Source: Pseudanabaena sp. UWO311 | Lineage (GTDB): Bacteria > Bacteroidota > Bacteroidia > Flavobacteriales > Flavobacteriaceae | DNA: 61,370 bases | Direction: 5' to 3' | Assembly: GCA_943371725.1 (NCBI GenBank) | Contig: CALRVY020000001.1 | Location: forward strand, 1 to 61,370 | Part shown: one piece after another, positions 9,307 through 20,432 of the stretch | Numbering within the stretch: the first letter of the stretch is position 1 | Layout of the letters: the number at the start of each line of letters is the position of its first letter | Translations under genes and position numbers: made by a program | Notes under the pieces: generated by a model | What the model saw: only the letters and a program-made list of their open reading frames with translations | Database searches by the model: none | What the model was told of the DNA's origin: nothing

Positions 9307-9567
9307 TTAAAAATGTAAACGAGTCTTGATTTCTCCGTTATCTTGATGCACAACGACTTCACCAGCTTTCTTTATTGCAATAGCCTTGGCAAATTCAATC
9401 GCTTGATCTATCGAAGAGAAAGCGCGCATAGCTCTTACACTGCCTTCTGACACAACACTCCAGTTGGATTCTCCAGATACTACATGCAGTTTCATAGAAG
9501 AAGAAGGCTGCGCTAATTCAGCAACCGACTGTCCTAATTTTCTGGTATATATCTGTCTAAAACTCAT
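9307..9567 (-). CDS. DUF2188 family small protein
   Basis: HVV...WSVVSEGSVRA..F....AI..A...A.....EVVVHQDNGEI pattern. Confidence 0.7.
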   Translation of the reverse strand: MSFRQIYTRKLGQSVAELAQPSSSMKLHVVSGESNWSVVSEGSVRAMRAFSSIDQAIEFAKAIAIKKAGEVVVHQDNGEIKTRLHF

Positions 9568-9631
9568 CAGTACAAAACTAAACAAAAAAGTAAACTCATC
9601 AAAAAAACGAAAGCTATTAAGTGATATTACT

Positions 9632-12600
9632 TTACATATTTCTTCGGTACTGTCCACCTACTTCAAAAAGTGCCGAAGTAATCTGACCCAGCGAGCAATA
9701 TTTCGTGGCTTCCATCAATTCCTCAAAGATATTTCGATTGTTAATTGCTGCCTGTTGTACACGTTCTAAGACTTCTGAAACCTGAACCTGATAACGCTTG
9801 TGCAGTTCTCCTAACATGTGAATCTGGTACGCTTTTTCTTCTTCGGTAGCTCGTATAACCTCTGCAGGAATAACTGTTGGCGAACCTTTCGAACTCAAAA
9901 ACGTATTTACGCCAATAATCGGGAATTCTCCTGTATGCTTTAAAGTTTCGTAATACAAACTCTCTTCTTGGATTTTTCCGCGTTGGTACATGGTTTCCAT
10001 AGCACCTAAAACTCCGCCACGCTCGGTAATACGGTCGAATTCTTGCAAAACAGCGTCTTCCACCAAATCCGTCAATTCTTCGATAATAAACGAGCCTTGA
10101 ATCGGATTCTCATTTTTCGCTAAACCTAATTCTTTATTGATAATCAATTGAATCGCCATGGCTCGACGAACCGATTCTTCGGTCGGTGTTGTAATCGCTT
10201 CATCATATGCATTCGTATGCAATGAGTTACAATTGTCGTAAATCGCGTACAGCGCTTGTAAAGTGGTTCGGATGTCGTTAAAATCGATTTCCTGCGCGTG
10301 TAACGAACGACCCGAGGTTTGGATATGATACTTCAACATTTGCGAACGTTCGTTAGCACCGTACTTATCGCGAAGTGCTTTTGCCCATAATCTGCGCGCT
10401 ACACGACCAATTACTGCATATTCCGGATCGATACCGTTGCTAAAAAAGAACGATAAGTTTGGTCCGAAATCGTTGATATCCATTCCGCGGCTTAAATAAT
10501 ATTCCACGTAAGTGAAACCATTTGCGAGCGTAAACGCCAATTGCGTGATTGGATTGGCACCCGCTTCGGCAATATGATAACCCGAAATCGAAACCGAATA
10601 AAAGTTACGAACCGATTTCTGTATGAAATACGACTGCACGTCGCCCATTAATCGGAGTGCGAATTCCGTGGAAAAAATACAAGTGTTTTGTGCCTGATCT
10701 TCTTTTAAAATATCCGCCTGAACCGTTCCGCGAACTTGCATTAAGGTTTTGGCTTTAATCTCTTCGTACACGTTGGCAGGCAATACCTGATCGCCTGTTA
10801 CACCGAGCAGCATCAAACCTAAACCATCGTTTCCTTCTGGCAAGCTTCCTTGGTAACGCGGACGTTCGCAACCCGATTCTTTGTAAATCGTTGCAATCTT
10901 TGCCTCTACCTCAGCTTCTAAACCGTGTTCTTTGATGTACAACTCGCATTGCTGATCGATCGCGGCATTCATAAAATAACCCAACAACATCGGCGCAGGT
11001 CCGTTGATGGTCATACTTACCGAAGTGAGCGCATGAACTAAATTAAAGCCGCTGTATAATTTTTTAGCGTCGTCTAGACAGCAAATAGAAACTCCGGCGT
11101 TGCCAATTTTTCCGTAAATATCCGGACGTAAATCCGGGTCGTTTCCGTATAAAGTCACACTGTCGAAAGCGGTCGATAAACGTTTGGCAGGCATACCAGC
11201 AGAAACGTAATGAAAACGTTTGTTTGTGCGCTCTGGACCACCTTCGCCAGCAAACATACGCGACGGGTCTTCGCCTTCGCGTTTAAACGGATATAAACCT
11301 GATGTAAACGGAAATTTCCCTGGGACGTTTTCTTGCAACTGCCAACGCAACACATCGCCCCAAGCTTCGTACTTCGGCAAAGCCACTTTTGGTATTTGCG
11401 TATGGCTCAACGACTCGGTGTGCGTTGCGATGTTAATTTGCTTGTCGCGAACCTTAAACGAATACACCGGATTTTTGTACTGCGCCTGTACGTGTTCCCA
11501 ATCGCGAATGAGCTCCCAGTTTTTGCCTTCCAAAAGCATTTTCACGCGATCGAATTCTTTGTACAGTAAATCTAATAATTCAGCATTATCGGCAGTTGAA
11601 GTAATAACTTCCAGGCCGTTTTTCTCTAAATTGGGTTGCTTGTGTGCAACGGTTTCTATGGTTTTGAAGATGCCGTAGAGTTTTTGTGCCAATTCCGATT
11701 GCAGTAAGGTACGCTCGTCGTATTTGCGGTTATTCTCAGCAATTTCACTTAAATAGCGCGTTCTGTGCGGCGGAATCACGTAAATTTTCTCGCTCATTTC
11801 GCGCGTAATCTCAAAGCTTGATTCCAGTGAAGCGGCAGTTTTTTCGTGCAGCTTATCCATGATCGCTTTGTACAACGCATTCATTCCAGGATCGTTAAAT
11901 TGGGACGCAATCGTGCCAAAAACAGGCATATCGTCCGGATTTTTATCCCATAAATTGTGATTGCGTTGGTATTGCTTTTTCACGTCGCGAATAGCATCGA
12001 GCGCGCCGCGTTTGTCGAATTTGTTTAAAGCAACCAAATCGGCAAAATCGAGCATATCGATTTTCTCCAGCTGTGTTGCTGCACCAAATTCAGGTGTCAT
12101 AACATATAGCGATACATCGGAATGATCCATAATTTCGGTATCCGATTGTCCGATACCGCTGGTTTCGAGGATAATCAAGTCGTAGTTTGCCGCTTTTAGT
12201 ACTTCGATGGCTTCGGCTACGTATTTGGATAACGCTAGATTCGATTGACGTGTGGCAAGTGAACGCATGTAAACGCGCGGCGAATTAATGGCATTCATTC
12301 GAATACGATCGCCGAGCAGCGCACCACCGGTTTTTCTCTTACTTGGATCAACCGAAATGATTCCCAGCGTTTTGTCTTTAAAATCGACCAGAAAACGGCG
12401 TACCAGTTCATCGACCAAAGACGACTTCCCTGCTCCGCCCGTTCCGGTTATTCCCAAAACAGGGACTTTTGATGTTTTATTTTTTTCTCGAATTTCCGTA
12501 AGAGCGGGAGCGGCAGTTTCGGGAAAATTTTCTGCAGCGGAAATCAATCGAGCGATTGCAGTGGTTTTTTGGGTAGGCAATTCTTTTAATTCGCCGTTTA

Positions 12601-13051
12601 GTTTATCGCCGATCGGAAAATCGGAACGTTGTACCAGATCGTTAATCATGCCTTGTAAGCCCATAGCGCGACCGTCGTCTGGCGAGTAAATACGTGTAAT
12701 TCCGTATTCGTGAAGTTCGGCGATTTCAGACGGAAGAATAACACCACCGCCGCCGCCAAAAATTTTAATATGACTAGCGCCTTTTTCTTTTAGCAAGTCG
12801 TACATGTATTTAAAATACTCGTTATGACCGCCTTGGTAGGATGTCATTGCAATCGCATTAGCGTCTTCTTGGATGGCCGTATTTACAACTTCTTCGACCG
12901 ACCGATCGTGACCTAGGTGAATAACTTCTACGCCCGTTGCTTGAATGATACGTCGCATGATGTTTATTGCGGCATCGTGCCCGTCGAATAACGAAGCTGC
13001 TGTTACAATTCTGACTTTATTTTTTGGTTGGTACGGTGCTTGTAGTTCCAT
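9632..13051 (-). CDS. icmF: Fused isobutyryl-CoA mutase/MeaB GTPase
   Basis: 1139 aa; B12-binding [13 protein letters not shown] GTPase and C-terminal mutase barrel. Confidence 0.93.
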   Translation of the reverse strand: MELQAPYQPKNKVRIVTAASLFDGHDAAINIMRRIIQATGVEVIHLGHDRSVEEVVNTAIQEDANAIAMTSYQGGHNEYFKYMYDLLKEKGASHIKIFGGGGGVILPSEIAELHEYGITRIYSPDDGRAMGLQGMINDLVQRSDFPIGDKLNGELKELPTQKTTAIARLISAAENFPETAAPALTEIREKNKTSKVPVLGITGTGGAGKSSLVDELVRRFLVDFKDKTLGIISVDPSKRKTGGALLGDRIRMNAINSPRVYMRSLATRQSNLALSKYVAEAIEVLKAANYDLIILETSGIGQSDTEIMDHSDVSLYVMTPEFGAATQLEKIDMLDFADLVALNKFDKRGALDAIRDVKKQYQRNHNLWDKNPDDMPVFGTIASQFNDPGMNALYKAIMDKLHEKTAASLESSFEITREMSEKIYVIPPHRTRYLSEIAENNRKYDERTLLQSELAQKLYGIFKTIETVAHKQPNLEKNGLEVITSTADNAELLDLLYKEFDRVKMLLEGKNWELIRDWEHVQAQYKNPVYSFKVRDKQINIATHTESLSHTQIPKVALPKYEAWGDVLRWQLQENVPGKFPFTSGLYPFKREGEDPSRMFAGEGGPERTNKRFHYVSAGMPAKRLSTAFDSVTLYGNDPDLRPDIYGKIGNAGVSICCLDDAKKLYSGFNLVHALTSVSMTINGPAPMLLGYFMNAAIDQQCELYIKEHGLEAEVEAKIATIYKESGCERPRYQGSLPEGNDGLGLMLLGVTGDQVLPANVYEEIKAKTLMQVRGTVQADILKEDQAQNTCIFSTEFALRLMGDVQSYFIQKSVRNFYSVSISGYHIAEAGANPITQLAFTLANGFTYVEYYLSRGMDINDFGPNLSFFFSNGIDPEYAVIGRVARRLWAKALRDKYGANERSQMLKYHIQTSGRSLHAQEIDFNDIRTTLQALYAIYDNCNSLHTNAYDEAITTPTEESVRRAMAIQLIINKELGLAKNENPIQGSFIIEELTDLVEDAVLQEFDRITERGGVLGAMETMYQRGKIQEESLYYETLKHTGEFPIIGVNTFLSSKGSPTVIPAEVIRATEEEKAYQIHMLGELHKRYQVQVSEVLERVQQAAINNRNIFEELMEATKYCSLGQITSALFEVGGQYRRNM

Positions 13052-13187
13052 AGTAAAGAGAGCCCTTTTTTTGGTTGCGCAAATTTACCACTTTTTGCAA
13101 AGAAATCGTTTGCGTTAGCATCAAAGACTTCTTAAAGATAGGTTAACTTCTTTAATCAAAATATTCATAGCTTTGCGAAAAAAAATT

Positions 13188-13781
13188 ATGACTAAATTTC
13201 AGTGGGCTTTTTTAGCAGTGTTTTTTTTGAACTTTGTACAAGGTCAGAAAAGGGATGCTGCGGATATTGAGATTGTTCCAATGCTTGGCTATTCTACATC
13301 TGACTACAGCGGAGAAAACAGTAAACTTTTTGGAAATTTGAGTGGCGTTAATTTTGGAGCGCACGCTGATTTGTATTTGAGCGATAGATGGAGTATACGA
13401 AGTGGTGCCTTTTACCAAAAAATGGGCGCAACATTTGATCGAGATAAAGAAATACATACCTATCTTACGGTACCTTTAAACATGAATTGGCATTTCGGTG
13501 GAAATCGGGGTTGGAATTTAAACTTTGGACCAAGTTTCGGAGTTTTACTAGACTCTCGATATGAATCTAACGGTCAGAGCACCGATTCTTTGCTCCCTGC
13601 CCGAAATTTTCAAGCGGGCATAAGTTTGGGAATCGGGTATAAATTCGAAATCAGCGAAAAAATTTCGCTACTGATAGATTACCAAGAATCGGCTAGTATA
13701 ACAAATGTGTATCGGGATTCAGCTATAGATTTGCGAAACAGTTACAGCTCATTTAACGTTGGTGCCGTTTTTTCGTTATAG
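13188..13781 (+). CDS. Outer-membrane beta-barrel (porin family) protein
   Basis: Signal peptide; YQKMG, YLTVPL and FGPSFG motifs; alternating-residue C-terminal strand. Confidence 0.8.
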   Translation: MTKFQWAFLAVFFLNFVQGQKRDAADIEIVPMLGYSTSDYSGENSKLFGNLSGVNFGAHADLYLSDRWSIRSGAFYQKMGATFDRDKEIHTYLTVPLNMNWHFGGNRGWNLNFGPSFGVLLDSRYESNGQSTDSLLPARNFQAGISLGIGYKFEISEKISLLIDYQESASITNVYRDSAIDLRNSYSSFNVGAVFSL

Positions 13782-13800
13782 CATTTCGGATAACGATTGC

Positions 13801-13943
13801 CCTACCCCTGATGGCAGCGAAAAACCCACAGCCGAAAAAGCGAAAATTTACCAAAGCGTGCTGGCGACCGAAGGAAGCCCTGCTAAGCTTGTGGAAATTT
13901 AGCTTTTTGGGCGCGGATTTGCAGCGAACAGCAGGAATAGGTT
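13801..13943 (-). ncRNA. Flavo-1-like structured element
   Basis: Minus strand CCTATTCCTGCTGTTCGCTGCAA...GGCTTCCTTCGGTCGCC...TTTCGCTGCCATCAGGGGTAG. Confidence 0.65.
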
Positions 13944-14044
13944 CTGAAAAATAACCTTCATTTGCGATTAAACGCAGTGCTAATTTTTATTGACAACCAC
14001 TTATTTAAAATTGGGTACGGATTTTTCTCGAAAGTTTTGTGACA

Positions 14045-14177
14045 GCAATAACAAATTAATAACACAGCATTAACAGATTGAAATTGAATATATAAGCATC
14101 TTTGTAGTGTAGAAATACATACATTGGTTTGGTTAGTTAGCAAAGGAGAGGTGGTATTCGTACTGCCTCTTTTTTTG
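14045..14177 (+). ncRNA. Candidate orphan sRNA
   Basis: Near-consensus -7 box AAGTTTTG (14032-14039), no credible ORF, strong terminator at 14147-14176. Confidence 0.45.
14147..14176 (+). terminator. Intrinsic terminator
   Basis: AGAGGTGGTA-TTCG-TACTGCCTCT followed by a T-run. Confidence 0.8.
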
Positions 14178-14198
14178 TTTTCAATAGGTTTTGCTTAG

Positions 14199-14403
14199 AA
14201 CCTGAATTCGACCTTACAATCCTTGTCAGATTACTGATTTTGATTTAGTTACATGTTAGCGCAATTCACAATATTTCGCTAAACACAGTAATGACTGCCT
14301 AAGTCAATGCATTCTACTTCGACACTCTAGCATTGCAAAAGAAATCCGCCTGTTATACCCATTCTAGATTTTTTAACTTCAATTTTTAAATCGAACTCAG
14401 GTT
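14199..14403 (-). mobile_element. MITE-like element (205 bp)
   Basis: TIRs AACCTGAATTCGA ... TCGAACTCAGGTT; no ORF. Confidence 0.65.
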
Positions 14404-14416
14404 GAAAATTAACCAC

Positions 14417-15187
14417 TTAACTTCGAAGGAATTCGGAGACCAGAGCGTTAAAAACGTCGGACTTTTCGACATTAACAACATGTCCGCAGTTCGGAATAAC
14501 TTCTAATTTAGACCATTTCTGACCTTTAACGGTTTGAGTAACCGATGGAAGAAACATAAAATCTTCGCTTCCGCTAATGAATAAGGAAGGTACTTCAAGT
14601 TGGCCTTCTCGCAAAATTTTTAACTCTGCGTTTACGTTTAAGGTGAGTCGGTACCAACGAATAAACTCGCCTTTTCGGAGTCGTTTTGCCTCGCGAATGA
14701 ATAGTCGGCGCGACGCTTCGTGATTTTTTCGCGGCATAATAATCCATGCAAAAAAGCGATATAGCCAAAGATACGGAACCAGATTTTTGAGAATTTTCCC
14801 GAGATTCATTAAAATTTGAGCTCTTAAGTTGAGTTGTAAAATGGCACCTGCGGGAACTAGTTTCAGACATAAATCGGGGCGTAACTGCGCAATTTTGCAA
14901 ATTAGAATAGAGCCGAGTGATATTCCTACAAAGTGCGACTTTTGGATTTTCAGATGATCGAGCACTTCGATTACTTCCGATGAAATAGCAATAAAAGTGT
15001 ACGGTTTTTCGGATACTTCTTGTTGTGCTGAGGCGCCGTGACCGCGCAAATCGATAAGCAAAACGTTATAATTTGGCGCGAAAAAGCGCACTTGCTTGAA
15101 CCAAATAGCTGAGCTTCCTCCCGCTCCGTGAATAAAAGTTATCCATGGTTTATCTTCGGTTTTCCGATAGGTAGTGAAAGCGAGCAT
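14417..15187 (-). CDS. Alpha/beta hydrolase
   Basis: HGAGG, DLRGHG, GISLG nucleophile elbow, GHVVN. Confidence 0.85.
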   Translation of the reverse strand: MLAFTTYRKTEDKPWITFIHGAGGSSAIWFKQVRFFAPNYNVLLIDLRGHGASAQQEVSEKPYTFIAISSEVIEVLDHLKIQKSHFVGISLGSILICKIAQLRPDLCLKLVPAGAILQLNLRAQILMNLGKILKNLVPYLWLYRFFAWIIMPRKNHEASRRLFIREAKRLRKGEFIRWYRLTLNVNAELKILREGQLEVPSLFISGSEDFMFLPSVTQTVKGQKWSKLEVIPNCGHVVNVEKSDVFNALVSEFLRS

Positions 15188-15987
15188 TAGCCTTTGATTT
15201 TAGAGTGTAATAAATCAAAATAATCCAGTGCCGCATGTAAACCGGTTCCGAACCAAGAAAACATTTCGCCGTCGACAAATACGGTCTTTGCATGATGCGT
15301 GTAACGCCCTACTTCAAAGGCTTCGGTGTCGGAAAACGGATAAGGTTCAGACGACAAAAAAACGTAATCGGGATCGTAATCTTTTCGAAGCAACGGCATC
15401 ACAATTTCTGGATAGCGACTTAAATGATGGCATACGTTTTGAAAACCCGCCAATCGCAGCATTTCATCGATGTAGGTGTCGCCGCCTACGCTCATCCACG
15501 GATTCTTCCAAATCAAATAAAGCACTTTATCGTTTTCAATTTCGCGACTTTTATCTTGAAATTCAGAAAGTCGCTGATTTATTTTAGCAATCCATTTAGC
15601 CGCTTCAACGCGTTTTCCCAGTAAAACTCCAAAGTTTTCGAGCATTCGATTACTATCGAACCTATTTTTTACATCCGTCACAAATACAGGTGCTATATTG
15701 CGTAGCGCAGCCACATCGGCTAACGTATTTTCTTCTTTGTTTGCGAGGATTAAATCGGGGTTGAGTGCGGTAATACGTTCGATATTTGCGTTTTTTGTAC
15801 CACCAATTCGCATGGTAGTTTGCCGAATATGAGCCGGATGCACACAAAACTTGGTAACTCCAATTAGTTGATGCTCTGCTCCTAAATCGCAAACCGACTT
15901 AGTTATTGAAGGTACGAGTGATACAACTCGTTTAGCTGCAGCGTCGAGGATAATTTCTGTTCCCAAATCGTCGTGGATACGAATCAT
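15187..15987 (-). CDS. Helical-backbone metal/cobalamin-binding protein (BtuF-like)
   Basis: RVVSLVPSIT, GGTK, LSSEPYPF and DGEMFSWFG motifs. Confidence 0.85.
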   Translation of the reverse strand: MIRIHDDLGTEIILDAAAKRVVSLVPSITKSVCDLGAEHQLIGVTKFCVHPAHIRQTTMRIGGTKNANIERITALNPDLILANKEENTLADVAALRNIAPVFVTDVKNRFDSNRMLENFGVLLGKRVEAAKWIAKINQRLSEFQDKSREIENDKVLYLIWKNPWMSVGGDTYIDEMLRLAGFQNVCHHLSRYPEIVMPLLRKDYDPDYVFLSSEPYPFSDTEAFEVGRYTHHAKTVFVDGEMFSWFGTGLHAALDYFDLLHSKIKG

Positions 15988-16029
15988 AGGTTACTTTTGC
16001 AACGAAAGTAAGGAATAAGCACAAGTTTT

Positions 16030-16503
16030 ATGCTGATAAAGTTAATTGCTGTAGGAAAAACCGACGACAAACAGCTCGAATCGCTAACCGATGTTTACAT
16101 TAATCGGTTGAAACACTACGTTAGATTTGAAACCGACTTTTTATCTGACTTAAAAAATGCAAAGAATTTATCGGAGTCGCAGCAAAAGGAAAAAGAAGGC
16201 GATCTGATTTTATCAAAAGTGGCTACAGCTGATTTTTTAGTTTTACTTGACGAGCGCGGAAAAATGTACAACAGTATGGCTTTTTCCGAGTATTTACAGC
16301 AGCGCATGAACTCCGGTATTAAAAACTTGATCTTTGTTATTGGCGGTCCGTATGGTTTTTCTGAGGCAGTTTATGCACGAGCAAATGGTAAAATTTCGCT
16401 TTCATCCATGACTTTTTCGCATCAAATGATTCGTTTGTTTTTTGTTGAACAGGTGTATCGCGGGTTTACTATTTTAAGAAATGAGCCGTATCACCACGAG
16501 TAG
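16030..16503 (+). CDS. rlmH: 23S rRNA m3Psi1915 methyltransferase
   Basis: LDERGK, FVIGGPYG, TFSHQMIR, EQVYR and PYHH motifs. Confidence 0.95.
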   Translation: MLIKLIAVGKTDDKQLESLTDVYINRLKHYVRFETDFLSDLKNAKNLSESQQKEKEGDLILSKVATADFLVLLDERGKMYNSMAFSEYLQQRMNSGIKNLIFVIGGPYGFSEAVYARANGKISLSSMTFSHQMIRLFFVEQVYRGFTILRNEPYHHE

Positions 16504-16622
16504 ATTTTCGAAATTTCCAGATAAACGTGAGTCCGGTTTAAAAATTGATGTCAGCATGTAATTCTTTTTTTTGGGGGTGCCGGCAGCGCAGTCATAACGC
16601 TTCGCAATCAAATCATGGAGCT

Positions 16623-16692
16623 GCCGTCGCGCTGTCCGCTGTATCTTTTGCCTTCGTACCTCCGGCAAAAGGATGTCGCTTCCATCGCTCAC
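16623..16692 (+). ncRNA. Short Flavo-1-like structured repeat
   Basis: GCCGTCGCGCTGTCCGCTGTATCTTTTGCC...GGCAAAAGGATGTCGCTTCCATCGC. Confidence 0.55.
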
Positions 16693-16993
16693 CCAGAAAT
16701 AGTGCGTTTTCGTTCGTTGCAATCAAAAAACAACGTAGCCAAAAACTACATTCGATTTAAAACTGAAGTCACAAAACAAAGACTTTTACCCCTTTTCAAA
16801 TCAACCTAGCTTTCATGACTTCCAAGCGCACGATAACTGCGTTTTAAATTGCTTTACGTAGAAAAAAATGCATGACATCAAAACACAGCTAACGGCTACT
16901 CAAGTTAAGGTGGATTTAATAAAAAAGTCGGATTCCAGCTTTAATAAAGTCTGAAATCCGACCAAAAAAAATTCTTTAAAAATCTGGCTATTT

Positions 16994-18301
16994 CTAAAAA
17001 TCTCTGTTTACATCAAAGGCTTCTAGATAATCGGCTACACGTTTAACGAAGCTTCCGCCAAGTGCGCCGTCTACAACGCGGTGATCGTAACTGTGCGACA
17101 AGAACATTTTCTGACGAATACCTATGAAATCGCCTTCTGGAGTTTCGATAACGGCAGGTACTTTTCGAATTGCACCTAAAGCCAAGATTCCTACTTGCGG
17201 TTGGTTGATAATAGGTGTACCGAAAACGCTTCCGAAAGTACCTACGTTTGTTACAGTGTACGTTCCGCCTTGCGTATCGTCTGGTTTCAATTTTCCTGCT
17301 TTGGCACGGTTTCCAAGATCGTTTACGGCTTTTGCCATACCAACTAAGTTTAGTTGATCCGCATTTTTGATTACCGGAACAATTAAATTTCCGTTTGGTA
17401 AAGCGGCCGCCATACCTAGATTTATATTTTTCTTTTTGATGATGTAATCGCCTTCAACGGAAATGTTCATCATTGGGAAGTCTTTCAACGCTTTTGCTAC
17501 GGCTTCCATGAAAATCGGTGTGAATGTAAGCTTCTCGCCTTCTCGCTTTTCGAATGCGGTTTTCACCTTGTCACGCCATTTTACAATGTTCGTTACGTCG
17601 ACTTCAATGAACGATTGTACGTGCGCAGATGTTTGCACGGACGCAACCATGTAACCGGAAATGAGTTTTCGCATCCGATCCATTTCAACGATTTCATCGG
17701 CGCCATTTACCGAAACAGGAACTGCTTTCGGCGTTTCGCTAACGGGCGTAACTGCTGGAGCAGCGGCTGCCACTTGCGGTACTGCAACTGCTGCTTGAGG
17801 TGCAGATTTACGATTTTCGATAAATTTAAGAACATCGTCTTTCGTTACGCGATTGTCTTTTCCAGAACCTGAGATTAAATCGAGTTCGGCTAAGCTCACG
17901 CCTTCTGTTTTGGCAATATTTTTAACCAACGGCGAATAGAAGCGATCTGAGGATTTGAAATCGGGCGGGGTAACCAAATCTTTTGCAACAGTCACCGTTT
18001 GTTCGATCGACGCAACTGCTGCTGCTACTTCGGCAACTGGAGCTGCTGCTGGAGCATCGCCGGCTGTTTCGATAATTGCAATGGTTTGTCCTACTTTAAC
18101 TAAATCGTCTTTCTGGAATAATTGTTCTACTAAAGTTCCCGAAACTTCAGACGGCACTTCAGAATCGACTTTATCGGTTGCGATTTCCAGAACAGCTTCA
18201 TCGGCTGCAATGCTGTCGCCAACTTGCTTCAGCCAATTGGTAATGGTAGCTTCGGCGACACTTTCGCCCATTTTAGGTAACTTCAGTTCGTATCTTGCCA
18301 T
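16994..18301 (-). CDS. Dihydrolipoamide acyltransferase (E2) of a 2-oxoacid dehydrogenase, probably branched-chain
   Basis: Lipoyl TDKV, E3-binding domain and DHRVVDG catalytic motif. Confidence 0.92.
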   Translation of the reverse strand: MARYELKLPKMGESVAEATITNWLKQVGDSIAADEAVLEIATDKVDSEVPSEVSGTLVEQLFQKDDLVKVGQTIAIIETAGDAPAAAPVAEVAAAVASIEQTVTVAKDLVTPPDFKSSDRFYSPLVKNIAKTEGVSLAELDLISGSGKDNRVTKDDVLKFIENRKSAPQAAVAVPQVAAAAPAVTPVSETPKAVPVSVNGADEIVEMDRMRKLISGYMVASVQTSAHVQSFIEVDVTNIVKWRDKVKTAFEKREGEKLTFTPIFMEAVAKALKDFPMMNISVEGDYIIKKKNINLGMAAALPNGNLIVPVIKNADQLNLVGMAKAVNDLGNRAKAGKLKPDDTQGGTYTVTNVGTFGSVFGTPIINQPQVGILALGAIRKVPAVIETPEGDFIGIRQKMFLSHSYDHRVVDGALGGSFVKRVADYLEAFDVNRDF

Positions 18302-18383
18302 AATATTTTTCTTAAGCGCCTTCGCGGTGCAAAATTACTACAAAGCGTTCATGTAATTAAAAAAAGTACGTTCGTTTTGGAAT

Positions 18384-19535
18384 TTAAAGCAGCACTTCGC
18401 CTTTGCTGTTTGAAGAATCGCTACCAACAATTGCTCTACTTTCGGCCAATGCGAAGCGAAAAAGCTTGTTTTTGCCCGACAGTTGCTGCATGATTTTAAG
18501 AATTTGTTGGTACGGAACTGTTTTGCAGTCAAAAATTATCAAATTCTGCTCGTTTTCCGAAAACGTTTGCGAATGTACGGCATTTGCGTCTATTTTTCGC
18601 ACGCTTACTGCGAATTTTTCAAGAATTGACGAAAAATAAACTAGCCTGTCGTGATCGTTTCCGATCCAAGTAATTATACTCGGCTTAGATGGCTTTTTTA
18701 CTTGAGTGCGACTTTTAAAAGTGGCAAACAACCAAGCACCTACCCGCAATGCACCGTTAAAAAGGAAGTTAGGTTTAAAATGTTTTGTGTAGAAAAAAGT
18801 CATTGCTTCGCGAAACCGATTAATATACAACGCATTGCGATTTGTGCTTTCGCCTTTGAAGTGCAAAGCAACCGATGTTCCTAAATAGTAGTTTTTTCGA
18901 TTCGCTAGCAAAGAACGATACGACAAATCGATATCATCTGCATACATAAAGCAGGCTTCGTCGAATCCGTTTAAAGTTCGGTAGAATTCGGTTTCCATAA
19001 ACATACAAGCACCAACCAAAATAGGCACTTCGGCTACTTGATTTACAGCAACGTGAGCTGCGTAATACCTGTTAAAAGCGGCAATTTTCGGGAAAAGCGT
19101 GTGTAAATTGAGAATTTTCGCTGTAGCAACGAAAGGTGTTGGAATACCGCGTTTACTCTCGGGAAGAAAGGCAGCACCGCCGTCGACTAATTTTGGCCCG
19201 ACGATACCAAAGTTGGGATGCCCTTCGGCGAAAGCCAAAAACGATTCAAAAAAATGTTCGGGTACCACCGTATCCGGATTGAGAATGCAGAGGTATTTGC
19301 CGTGGGCAGCTTCGACACCTATATTATTTCCCTTTGGAAAACCCGAATTGTAGCCCGTTTGAATCCATTTAATTTGCGGATACAGCTGGGCTATACGCTC
19401 CGATTTATCGCTGCTGTTGTTATCGACTACAATGATTTCAGCAGGTAAATTTTGTGTTGCTTTCACGACACTATCCACACACAACTCCAAAAAATACCGA
19501 ACGTTGTAATTGAGAATTACTACAGTTAAAGTCAT
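18384..19535 (-). CDS. Glycosyltransferase family 2
   Basis: VILNYN, VVDNNSSD, LNPD and FMYADDIDL motifs. Confidence 0.88.
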   Translation of the reverse strand: MTLTVVILNYNVRYFLELCVDSVVKATQNLPAEIIVVDNNSSDKSERIAQLYPQIKWIQTGYNSGFPKGNNIGVEAAHGKYLCILNPDTVVPEHFFESFLAFAEGHPNFGIVGPKLVDGGAAFLPESKRGIPTPFVATAKILNLHTLFPKIAAFNRYYAAHVAVNQVAEVPILVGACMFMETEFYRTLNGFDEACFMYADDIDLSYRSLLANRKNYYLGTSVALHFKGESTNRNALYINRFREAMTFFYTKHFKPNFLFNGALRVGAWLFATFKSRTQVKKPSKPSIITWIGNDHDRLVYFSSILEKFAVSVRKIDANAVHSQTFSENEQNLIIFDCKTVPYQQILKIMQQLSGKNKLFRFALAESRAIVGSDSSNSKGEVLL

Positions 19536-19675
19536 GGGTTAAAGATAGGTGAATTCCTTACACGCAAAAAATCTGTTCTACTTTTTAAAAATTTACCACT
19601 CATTAAAAAGTGACTAAAATTTATTTATTTTTGACTGAACAAAGATTATTTTATAAATCAAAAAATCAAAAGTTT

Positions 19676-19861
19676 ATGGGAAAGAAGTTCATAATAAGCT
19701 TGGTAGCGTGGCTCATCGTATCAACAATTGGCGGTCTGTTCAAGTTAATGCACTGGCCGGGTGCTCAAATTCTCATTATTATCGGAATGTTATTACTTGT
19801 TTTAACCCTAGTTCTTGGCGGCATCTTACTTTACAAATTATATCAAAAAAGTACGGGTTGA
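19676..19861 (+). CDS. Small membrane protein with GldL N-terminal-like motif
   Basis: GGLFKLMHWPGA motif between two TM helices. Confidence 0.65.
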   Translation: MGKKFIISLVAWLIVSTIGGLFKLMHWPGAQILIIIGMLLLVLTLVLGGILLYKLYQKSTG

Positions 19862-19920
19862 TAAAAAATAAAGAGCTGGCTTTTACACCAACTCTTTGTG
19901 CATTTTTGAGGAATTTACGA

Positions 19921-20355
19921 TTACAAAACGTCAATCAATCGCTTTGGTTTTGGCAACGCTTCGTCTTTTTTAGGAAGTGCAATACTTAAAATGCCGTTTT
20001 CGTAAATGGCTTTGATTTCATCGGCATTAACCGAATCGGGCAAAGTAAACGAACGTTTAAACGAGCTGAACGCAAATTCGCGTCTGGTGTATTTTCCAGC
20101 TTCAGAGGTATTTTCTGCTTTCACTTCACTGGAAATGGTAAGCAAGTCATTATCCACTTCAATATTAAAATCCGCTTTGTTTTTTCCTGGCGCCGACAAT
20201 TCAACGGTAAAAGAACTATCGCTTTCGCGGATGTTAACAGGAGGAACGCTCTGGTTAACACTTTGCATCCCACCCATCCAATCGGGTCTAAAAAATTCTT
20301 CTATTAATGAAGGAAATAAATTCGCGCTGTGTGCATTTCTTTTTACTAAGTTCAT
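19921..20355 (-). CDS. Hsp20/alpha-crystallin small heat-shock protein
   Basis: PPVNIRE, APG, FKRSFTLP and YENGIL motifs. Confidence 0.93.
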   Translation of the reverse strand: MNLVKRNAHSANLFPSLIEEFFRPDWMGGMQSVNQSVPPVNIRESDSSFTVELSAPGKNKADFNIEVDNDLLTISSEVKAENTSEAGKYTRREFAFSSFKRSFTLPDSVNADEIKAIYENGILSIALPKKDEALPKPKRLIDVL

Positions 20356-20432
20356 GGTATTTCGTTTTATGAGTTAAACATCTGTACTTTTGCATCGCAT
20401 AAGACAAATTATATTCCAAAGCAATTATTACT

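Noticed and set aside
9632-13051. Mutase-GTPase fusion as a novelty
   Set aside because: This is the established IcmF architecture.
16760-16905. Possible second MITE type (AACTGAAGT...ACTCAAGTT)
   Set aside because: The terminal match is short and imperfect, and there is no second copy in the window.
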